Shown here: in pieces, positions 12,035 to 21,544 of the stretch
Numbering within the stretch: the first letter of the stretch is position 1
Layout of the letters: every line of letters begins with the position of its first letter
NCBI GenBank assembly: GCA_977020255.1
Contig: CDROCS010003157.1
Span: 1-64,000, forward strand
Source: Obrimoposthia wandeli
Lineage: Eukaryota
Direction of reading: 5' to 3'
DNA length: 64,000 nucleotides
Notes under the pieces: generated by a model
Told to the model about the DNA's origin: nothing
Databases searched by the model: none
What the model saw: only the letters and a program-made list of their open reading frames with translations
Translations under genes and position numbers: made by a program

Positions 12035-12752
12035 CGATGTAGGCACTCGAGATGGGGAGGCATAGCTGTCCTATCGGATGACGGCTGTATCATGGTACTT
12101 CCTGAATAAAAAACAAAAAATAAAAAATATATAATAAAAATAAAATATATAATTTAAAAATAATAATAAAAAATACCTAATGAATGCAATCCAAGTTGAG
12201 CTGGAATGAAGTCCTCTTCATTGACGAAATCCATCCAGCTGTCGTCCGTTGACTCGACGAAATCGGATTCATCTATGGTCTCCAACCATGAGTTATCGCT
12301 CCACTGCTCTATCTCGAAATCTGACTGGGATATGTCATTCATCCACTCATTGTTAGACATTTGAGTGGATGGGTCAGAATCAGGAGCCGGGAGACTAATC
12401 GCAGGACCGTAAAAGGGTTGATCGACTGCAACTGGAATTGGAGGTGGAGCGACCTGCGAATCGCGCACCAATTGCATGATATCCCTCTTCTTGTTGTTGG
12501 CCGTGAAACACGATAGATGAGCTCGATGTTCACTGAAGAAGTCTCGAAACTCCTTCTCCTCCATTGTTCTACAGAAGGGGCAGACAAAGAAGTGAAGCCC
12601 GCGAGACTTTGTCCGGTAGTATGCAGACATTGTCTCCATGCAGGTCTCTCCTCCATGTGGAGCCGAAGCACCACAATACGCAGGGAATAGGTTACAAGTA
12701 ATCTGAAATAATAAATATTAATAAGGAAATAATAAAAATAAATTCTTACCAT
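12028..12752 (-). CDS. Spliced Maverick accessory gene (about 200 aa): join(12752..12750,12702..12177,12101..12028); Cys-rich N-terminus, acidic-aromatic repeats
   Basis: An ATG-only first exon followed by GTAAG; 47- and 75-nt introns keep the frame. CNLFPAYC..H..C..CPFC, then repeated DxSW(L/M)(D/E)xxxExDF. A homologue is present at 46500-46920. Confidence 0.7.
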
Positions 12753-12957
12753 AGGCATTATTTCAAATTGTCGGGGATTTAAATGAAGAAAGTGTTTGCT
12801 TATATACTAAAATTTATGCACACATGCTCTTTTCCTATTGGATTAAAAAATTGAGAAGGTTTGTTTATCTGTTAAATGGTCAAAAAAATATTTTTTTATT
12901 CCTCCAATCAAAAGATTTAATTGTAATTGAATGAAAATTATGAATTAGAAGAATTGT

Positions 12958-13437
12958 TTATCTACATGTCAAGTAATAATAAGATAGACTTAAACATTTT
13001 TATACGCGCAATGGTCACCATGATTACGATATGGACAGCAAATATTTCGTGGAATTTTTAATATATGAATATATTTAAAGTATTCACCTCAATTTGGGAA
13101 AATATTTTTTTAAAGTCTTATACTTTTTACCATCCATTTCATCTAAAACATAAAAAAATCCATTTTCAATATCAAAATTAGATTTTATTGTATCGAAAAT
13201 ACATATTTCACAAAAAGCCTTATGTCCATCTTTCCATTTTAATAAATGAAAATAATTAGTTAGATATAAATTAGTAAATTTTTTCTTATAATCTAAACTT
13301 TTAAACGGGATATCTTTTTGAAATATGAAATGCAATGGATGAAAAACGTCGCATACCTCCATAATACATAATTCTTTTATAATATAATCCCCATTTTTGT
13401 TAATGAAAGCCTCAAAATCTATGATATATTCCTGCAT
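12958..13437 (-). pseudogene. RNase H/DEDD-like protein with C-terminal Cys/His cluster
   Basis: YIIDFEAF..YIIKELCI resembles an Exo I-type motif. After a frameshift near 13085 it continues KIPRNICCPYRNHGDHCAYKKCL*. Confidence 0.5.
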
Positions 13438-13518
13438 AATTATCTAAATTTGTAGCAAATACCGTTGTTTATAACGAAGTACTTTCATGTTAAGATTGGA
13501 ATATTTTGTCAATTCTCC

Positions 13519-13880
13519 TATGTAACATAATCAATAAAGACAAAATAATAATCAAAAAAAATTTTTTTTGTAGAAGGACTCTCTTCCGGTTTAATCTGGA
13601 GGATTCTCTTTCTTGCTGCTCGCCGAACATCCTCCATCTATTCTCTTCTTTTTTCATCCACCTTCCTTTTTTCAAATTCGATCTTCTTATTCCACTCCAC
13701 GATTCGACGGCGTTCTGCTAGCCTCCTATCCTGTATCTCCACCCGATGATTCCATTCTGTCGCGACAGCAGTATACAAATTCTGGTTGAGGACCCTCTTT
13801 CTTAAGTCCCCTTTCTTCTCATTTATTCTGATGTTTGCTTCAATCTTCGTCACCAGACTCTTCATTTTAATGAATTCCAT
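13519..13880 (-). pseudogene. Charged coiled-coil-like hypothetical protein
   Basis: 80-aa track ORF whose frame continues past the TAG at 13638-13640; TATA-like sequence upstream. No family recognised. Confidence 0.4.
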
Positions 13881-14105
13881 TTTTTTTTAATTATGAAGAG
13901 GTTAATAAATTTGAACCTATATATATAAATTAAAGATATTTTTAATCCAATTAAATGATATATTTTTATTTATCAAATGAGTGTTTAATAAATCTATAAC
14001 TTATCATTGCAAATAAACTTAAAGATAGTATTTCTACATTTAAAAAAATAAATATTAAGAAGAAAACATATGAAACTAAGTTTTATAAATTATATTTTTA
14101 AACAT

Positions 14106-15871
14106 CTATACGAAGTCATCATTGGGATCATTCGGGTCGTAATCCCTCCGACTAAGTATTATAGGAGAAAGCGGTACTGGTTCCTTCTTTTTTGGCCGGC
14201 CCGGTTTCTTTTTCGGCTTCACCGGTTACTTTGTAGCAATTGTCCTTCCCTCAGGTTTTGGCAATAGTTGTTGATGTTAATAATAGCCGATGTTGATGGT
14301 TCCGACGTAGAAGTCCTCTTCCTCTTCTGCGGAGCTTTCTTCTGTTTCTCCTCCTTCTCACGCTGAAGCTGGCGTGAGACGGCATCCTGTTGCCCACGCG
14401 AATCTGGAAGCATTGCCGGTGAATCCAGTTCCGCCAGGAATTCATCCAATCCAGCGTCATCCCTCTTCAAGTTCTGGCTGGTTGTTGGATGAGAAGAAGC
14501 AGTCTCCTGCAGGCGTCGTTGACTTGAGGGCGGACTTATCTCAATCGGCGAGACTGGGATCCTCTCATATAGGATTGGTCCGTCGTCCACTGGAGATTGG
14601 AGAATCTCCTGCTGGCCAATCACCGTCTCAGAATAATGACCAATTGAGGTTTTACATTTTCTCGAGCGCCTCGTCTTCTTCACCTCTGCCCTCTTCGTCC
14701 GTTTCCGCGAGAAAGGAGTAACTTCTCCCCAAGTCTCCTCAAATATCTGGACGGGTTCCTGCAAAATATTAATAAAATTTAAACATATAAATAATTTACC
14801 TCAATGATGGGCAGGTTAGCCTGTTTCACCAACTTGGCCTTCTTCCGAGTGAGGGTTTTGACCCGATGGCGTTGCGGTTTCTTAACTGCCGCTTGCTTCC
14901 TATCCACCGGTTGAATAGACGTCGCCTCTTCGTGAATGTTCTCCATCTATGTGAATTATTAAATTTAATATCTAAATAATTTACCTTAAAATTATCTGGA
15001 GACGCTAGGTATCGGAGCTGACTCCTGGGCAGCTCCTGGCTGCATTGACTCGCCAAGTATTGCGTTTCAATTAGCCTCTCCGTCATGGTCACTGACGGTG
15101 CCAAATCCAGTTGAAGTTTCTGAAAATGAAATTAAAAAACATTTAAAATAAATGATGTCTAACCTCATTCGTTGCTTTTATTCTCCTAACAGGAGATTTC
15201 GGCCTTTTGAATGGTTAAGGCATTGTATTATCTGCTTTCGGAGTAGCAGAGGGAGTGAGACCATCCCAATCGTCGGTGAACAGGTGCCACTCGTCCTCGT
15301 CCAATTCTGCTACCATTGACTCGTTGGCTCCTGGGGCTCCGATACTTGGCTGTATCCATTCGTCGATGAATGGAGTAAAGTCCTCCTCCCAATCCGAAGG
15401 TACATAATCAGTAAACAGCTCCTCGTCTGAGTCTGGTGCGAGGACTTTCTCCGGTTGAGACAGCGGGATCAATTTCCAGGGGTATTTGATTGCCGCCTCA
15501 AAATTGTCGAAGAGATTGGATCTAGCTGCTGCTACTGCTGAAGTTGCCGGACGATTGGGTTTTTTGTTTTGTCTGGGAGTACAGTCTTCCCAATTCTCAA
15601 TCGAATCCTGACTAGTCAGATCGATATATTGAGATCTCTGTACCCCACCTCTCACGTCTATTGGTTCTTCTCTTGGAGTTGAGCTGGCCAATGAGGCTTC
15701 CAACAGGTTCGCTCTTGCTGCTGCTTCTCCTTCGCTCACCACCGATGACTCTTGACTATCTAAGTCAATGTATTGCGACGGTGGTGGCGTTCGCTGCTGC
15801 ACTGGAGAGAGATCCTCATAGAGTTGAACCTCCGTCTCTTCGTCTAGGTCAACGTTGTTGTAGAATGGCAT
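14106..15871 (-). pseudogene. Multi-exon acidic/low-complexity Maverick accessory gene: exons 15871-15164, 15119-14985, 14946-14800, 14758-14106
   Basis: Three phase-0 GT-AG introns (44, 38, 41 nt) join otherwise separate ORFs in frame. One premature TAA (15217-15215) and a frameshift near 14225. C-terminus KPGRPKK..PLSPI..DPNDDFV is conserved at 49240-49320. Confidence 0.6.
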
Positions 15872-16007
15872 TGTTGATTTATGAAAAATAATGAACGGAG
15901 GTGTCTTTATATACACAAACATCTTACTAACCCTCTTTTATTGTCCAATGAGAGCCTCTTATTCAAATAATTTTTGTAATGTTTTTTTGTGCCTGTAGAT
16001 CAAGAAT

Positions 16008-16747
16008 GAAGCCCGCCCCGAAGGGGCGGGTGGTGTATGTTAGGGTATGACACGGGTCGTTTACATTTGTAGTTGTGAGAGGTAAAGTGATACTGTAGCG
16101 CATGTTTTGTAGTTATTTTCGTGAGAATAGAGACCGCCCGAAGGGGCGGGCGGAGNNNNNNNNNNNNNNNNNNNNNNNNNNNNNNNNNNNNNNNNNNNNN
16201 NNNNNNNNNNNNNNNNNNNNNNNNNNNNNNNNNNNNNNNNNNNNNNNNNNNNNNNNNNNNNNNNNNNNNNNNNNNNNNNNNNNNNNNNNNNNNNNNNNNN
16301 NNNNNNNNNNNNNNNNNNNNNNNNNNNNNNNNNNNNNNNNNNNNNNNNNNNNNNNNNNNNNNNNNNNNNNNNNNNNNNNNNNNNNNNNNNNNNNNNGTAC
16401 ATCGCCAAGCTAGTCTGTGACCTATATGAGATCGAGATATCCGTACATTACAGGGCTAGTCTGTGACCTATATGAGAGCGAGATATCCGTACATCGCAGG
16501 GCTAGTCTGTGACCTATATGAGAGCGAGATATCCGTACATCGCAGGACTAGTCTGTGACCAATGTCGGTCCCGAGCCCTTCGCGAAATATTTTTAGCCCC
16601 CCCCCCTTGTCCTTTAAAACCGTGCATGTGTGTGGAGTGAAATTTCACTCCACACACCTACACGAAATTTCACTCCACACACATGCACGGTTTTAAAGGA
16701 CAAGGGGGGAGGGGGTGTGTGGATTAGACCGGACACATCCACCTACT
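16008..16747 (-). repeat. Right terminal inverted repeat of the Maverick (gap 16156-16396)
   Basis: GC hairpins at 16012-16030 and 16134-16149, a 46-bp tandem array at 16397-16560, a perfect 46-bp-stem palindrome at 16601-16709, and terminal CTACT. Confidence 0.8.
16397..16560. repeat. 46-bp tandem repeat (about 3.5 units visible) inside the right TIR
   Basis: ctagtctgtgacc recurs at 16410, 16456, 16502 and 16548; the array runs into the N gap. Confidence 0.95.
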
Positions 16748-17700
16748 GGCGTGCCAGTTGAGTGCAAATATCCGATAGGAAACGAATTAGACGAAAAGAT
16801 TGATGTCATCACTGTAGGACGTCAGGAGTTAGTAGATAATGAAGGATTGGCTGAGATATTGAATTCTGCGTTAGATATGATAACAACGCCTATAGAAATT
16901 CTAGGCAGTTCAAGCGAAAGCAGAAATAATGATGTAGCTGAAACTTGGAACAAGACGTCCACACCTGAACCAAACGTAGCTGAACCACAGGACGTGGAAC
17001 CAACAAATGAGTTGACGAATCTGGTAGTTGAAGTACCACCAGAGCAAGAGATAATTCAAACCGGACAAGATGAAGTCACGGATATAGCTAACCAAGTGAG
17101 AGAAAGCGAAAACGTATCCGAACTAGTTGGAGAAGACGACTTCTCCGAGATTGTAGATTTAGATTCACCAATTTGGCATGCCGCATACAGAGATGGACAA
17201 GCGGAGCAGACGATGCGACAAAACGAGGAGATTGGTCATGTAGCAGGACCAAGCCAAGAGGTACGGTATAATGATGAACCGTATGATCCAGATGAGAATC
17301 AAACTGAGTATCAGTATTTTTGAAGAGGACCTGGAAGACCTAGAAAGGACGGAAGTATATTACGAAATGTTCTAACTGCACTTCAAACTGATGAAGAGAG
17401 ACATCAAAGCATTGGACAGTTAGCAGCGTCATTAGAGCAGTATAGTGCAGAGAGGAATGAAGATATCAGAGGTAATATGAATTCGGAAGCTCTAAGTAGT
17501 AAAGATATACTTACGGGAATTCTCAAGCAAGTAAAGCCGTAGTTGTTCAAAATGTACAAAGATGAAACAACAGATATAACAGACAATTTGACTAGAGCAG
17601 TTAGATCACAAATGTCTGCAGTAAAGAGAATGACTGCGAATCATGGATACCATGTATCAATAGACAGATTTTAGAAAGAGATTAGTTTTAATAAAATAAA
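16748..17700 (+). pseudogene. Acidic low-complexity ORF and continuation (possible gag N-terminal remnant)
   Basis: E/D-rich ORF to 17323, then an AT-hook-like GPGRPRK near 17327-17347. No capsid motif recognised. Confidence 0.35.
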
Positions 17701-17785
17701 AGGGTTCCTGTATAATGAAGGTGGAGAAGGGTTCCTGTATAATAAAAAAGGAGAAGGATTTCATAACAAAACAAGACCAATTCCT

Positions 17786-18880
17786 ATGACGCCGACACCT
17801 ACACTGTTAATGGTGGAATCAGTCGAAGAAGGTCTGATATTTATTAAAAAAGATGATAAGGTGCGATGTGGGATGTCTATTAGTACCACAAACTATCCTG
17901 GAATAGTTATATCGAGAGAATTAATCGCAATGGCGAGAAACAAGATAGAACCGAAAAAAATCCAGCTACACACCTATTTCAACAATAAGATCGATTTCTA
18001 CTATCATAAAGGATTGATACAAACGAAAGAGTTATACCAGATAATGGTTGAGAGAGACTGCCAATTAAATAAAGAGATAATCAGAACCAATTTAGCACTA
18101 GCTGTTACAAATCCAGACATGGTAGCACCACTATTACCCTTAGATGAAGGAGTATTTGCTACAACCATGGGAGAAGTACTGTATACTTACAAGTGTAAAA
18201 TAGTAGTAATACAGTTGAGAAAAACAGATCGATGCACGAGCGAATTGGCAGTAACGTATAATTTAAAAGAGCTCTTTGTAGAACCAATCACGAGAATGAT
18301 ACTTCCAAAAGACACTCCAACTAAAGAAATCAGTTGCTCTAATATAATGGCACCTGAATATAAAATGATGAACGATCTATGGATAACTCTACCTGACCGG
18401 AAGCAGACAACAACTCCAACGATGATAAAAATGACCACTCTTAAAGGAAAAATGAAATTCGAAGCGGTAAAGAATATGGAAAATGCAGGTTTGTACAATG
18501 AGAAAGATTTAAAAGCGGCCTGGAACGAAATAATGTTTCCAGTAAGAAGGGCCAGAGTACTTACGGAGATGGTACATCGTGCATTACCGCCAGGAGCTAT
18601 ATATGCGAATTTTGATATGTTATTGTCGCCAAGTCATTTCAAGGAAGCAGCACATCAGACACTTAGAAAGATGTGGGGGAAATTCCTTGTTTTAGGACAG
18701 TTATTTTCAGGTATCATAGGTATTTATGTTATAATTAAATTTGTGCAGGTAATTATAGCCTAGGTGTTGTCTACGTATAGTTTATACAGGATAACCGGAA
18801 TCATCTGGCAGCTTATAATTGGATGTTTTCCATTTTTAGCGAAATATCTAATGCACCATCATCACGAGAACGAGTTGTGA
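17786..18880 (+). pseudogene. Class III (herpes gB / chuvirus G-like) envelope glycoprotein, C-terminal half with TM region
   Basis: CQL..LAV.NP....GEVLYTYKC..V..R.TDRC..EL.V....LFVEP.TR..C pattern and a WGKFLVLGQLFSGIIGIYVI membrane region, as in chuvirus-type glycoproteins. In-frame TAG at 18761. Confidence 0.8.
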
Positions 18881-19189
18881 GCCCTCAAGAAGGAGCAACA
18901 TCAAACGAGAACCATGATACGAGAACCAATAACTTACCGAGACGACAACGACGACGATAACGATAGTCCAGGAGACTATGCAAAGATACCAAATACAGGA
19001 CAATCAAAGATTCCATTACAAGACAAGGAAGAAGTGGCGCCAAACCTATATCCAATGAAGGAATTAAAAGAAGAGAAGGAAAAGTTCAAGAGAAGCATTT
19101 TAATGATAAGATGGCCTAGAGTGAACTATAGTGAGATTCCACAAGCAGAGGAAAGAGACAAAAAAGATAATTCCAGAAGAATTCTGTAG

Positions 19190-19560
19190 TCTAGGATATC
19201 CAATGAGAATCCGAATGCTCCACCACAAGTAGCAGTAACACTGAACGGAAGAGAATATCTTGTCGAAGTTGATACTGGATCTGCAGTATCAGTGCTGAGT
19301 AAAAAAATCTTGTCATCAAAAGAATTAGGAGAAGTATGTCCTAGAAAACAGACATTTGTTAACGTAAATGGTACAGATGTAGTATCAGAAGGAACACTGA
19401 AATGTAAATAAACTATCGATGGAAGAGCATTGCAGTTAAATGCTAGAATATTAACAGATTGTGGTAGTCCAGTCATGATTGGGATGGACGTAATACGAAT
19501 GTTTAAAGGAATAATAATATTACCAAACAACAAGAGTTCAAATAACAACAGTTCAGTGAG
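19190..19560 (+). pseudogene. Retroviral-type aspartic protease 1
   Basis: YLVEVDTGSAVSVL (DTG at 19271-19279) and IGMDVI; same reading frame as the env fragment. Confidence 0.88.
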
Positions 19561-19759
19561 AGAGATAAAGATGTTGAGAGGACATACAGTTGAAAAGGAA
19601 AAATACACTAGGTTCCGTATGGGAAACCCGTACCGTAACAGGAAACAGGAAGTGTTAGTAAAGTTGATACTTCACTACAAAGGAGTAGACAACGGACCAC
19701 AAGCCATGGGGAGGAGGAAAATAACATATGAGAGTATAGGAGAAACATATCCTTTTAGA

Positions 19760-19935
19760 ATCGAGAGGAATAGACGAAGGTCACTAGAACCGTACTATTC
19801 AAAAGAAATGTCACGCAAAATGGCGAGAATGGGTTTACTAATGTTAAACGGAGATTAAAGTTTAGAAATTGGGAAAACAATGATAACCCAATGAAACGTC
19901 ATAAAAGAGAAGCCCCAACATGTCGATTCCTCCTG
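19760..19935 (+). pseudogene. Degenerate BIR (baculovirus IAP repeat) domain
   Basis: RRRSL..MARMGL..GD followed by FRNWENNDNPMKRHKREAPTCRFL, matching BIR WExxDxPxxEHxxxxPxCxF. The CxxC segment is deleted at a frameshift near 19858. Confidence 0.7.
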
Positions 19936-20474
19936 AAATTCAGAACTGCAAACGAACCAGAAATTCAAACTGGGAAAGCACCCGATTTCGACAACAGTGA
20001 TGAGATTCAGAAGGAGAAACAACTCAAATAATAGGCAGGGTAATAACAAATAGTCGAATTGAAGACATATTCGAAGTAATGCGAGAAGTAAACGAATGTG
20101 ACGAACAATATTGAGAAGTAACTTTTGAAGATCCAAGACTTAAAAAATTGGCAAAAAAGGGACTTTTTGCTATAAAAAAGAATGGTAAAGAAGTGATTAA
20201 ATGCCACAAGTGTAAAAAAGAACGAATTATTGACAGATATACTCTTGAGTTACCTAAGAAAACCTTACATCATGAATTTTGCGAGTTTTGTATTTTTAAA
20301 AACAAAATAAAGCAAAAAGAACAGAAAACTGAATGTATAGTCAATACCAAATCACACGGAAAGAGATTTTCGCTCAACAAGACACACTGGTAGTGTCATT
20401 CGTAAGAAGACTATATCCAAAAGAAGCAGAGAGAATCAGAGATTTGGTGGAATTAAAAATAAAAACTACGCGAA

Positions 20475-21240
20475 ATGGATACGGATCAATTTTTTGAATT
20501 ACTACGAGATAAAGATGACAGTACAATTGAAACAAAAGAGAAAGAGTACATAAATGAACTAGAATACATACTAGAAGATCCGGAATGCGCAGTTTGTATG
20601 GTCAACAAAGTAGAAGTTGCCTTTTTACCATGTGGACATGTGAGAACATGCCGAAGATGTGCAAAGGAAATGGTAACATGTCCGATTTGTAGAAAGATAA
20701 TAGATCGACAAGTGAGAAATATAAGATTTCACTATCCAAACAAAGGAAGTGGACCGACAAAATGTAATAATTCGATAAATACGATATGCCATATGGGAAA
20801 TATAAATGGAGCACAGCGACCAGCAGCTATCATTAGAGTAAATAATTTAAAAGTAAAAGCCTTAATTGATACAGGTGCTGTAGCTTCGATAGTAAGTGAG
20901 AATTGTTTGACAGAGGAACAGAAACAAACAATGGCAGAACCAGATTAATTCTTGGTATCGGTCAATGGAGATCCTGTAAAAGTGACGGGAATATTACCAT
21001 GTACATTTATAATTGGACGTAATACGATCACTATACCAGATCACTATACCAGAATCATGAGAAAATGTCCTGAACCTACAATTTTAGGAATGGATGTACT
21101 ATCACAACTCAAAGGGATAAGTATTGATATACAAGATCCAAGATTGAAAGATAGTACATCAAACAGACAAATAAACCAAATTGATGTAATTATAGAAAAT
21201 CCTATAAAAATCGGTAAAAGATCACAATTTCTTATTTAAG
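20475..21240 (+). pseudogene. IAP-type RING finger fused in frame to aspartic protease 2
   Basis: CAVCM..VAFLPCGHVRTCRRCA..CPICR at 20586-20717, then ALIDTGAVASI (DTG at 20868) and ILGMDVL. Confidence 0.9.
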
Positions 21241-21544
21241 GTCACACATTATCAGAAGATAAAGAACCAGTTGTGTTCGAACCATCACGGGATTTCATAG
21301 AGAAATACGAATTACCAATTGTGAGTACAGTATGTCTGATTGAAAACCACAAAATACCAGTTAGACTGATGAATACAACCAACAATGACATCCTGCTATA
21401 CAGAGGAATGAGGTTGGGAAAGATAGCACAGATGGAGAATTCCACTGTGTGTGCTATGAAACTCGATAAAGATACGAATGATTACGAATAAATAGTAATC
21501 CAATCAGAAAGACTGACAACCAGAGAAAAGAAACAATTACATAG

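Larger units (their letters stand above)
72..16747. mobile_element. Maverick/Polinton (adintovirus-like) endogenous DNA virus, near full length, decayed
   Basis: Contains pPolB, rve integrase, packaging ATPase, adenain and major/minor capsid genes. Ends are inverted homologues (104-203 vs 16601-16709; 645-663 vs 16012-16030). Left end begins AGTAGTAG (72-79) and right end shows CTACT (16743-16747), as in Polinton termini. No 6-bp TSD found, so exact ends are uncertain. Confidence 0.93.

Noticed and set aside
16397-16560. CRISPR-like array
   Set aside because: Head-to-tail 46-bp units with no unique spacers, in eukaryotic context.
66-16753. 6-bp target-site duplication of the Maverick
   Set aside because: Flanks tgaggc and ggcgtg share only ggc; no valid TSD could be shown.
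17786-18880. gB-like fusogen as a Maverick gene (as in nematode Mavericks)
   Set aside because: It lies outside the right TIR and is in frame with a retroviral protease, so it was assigned to the retroelement.
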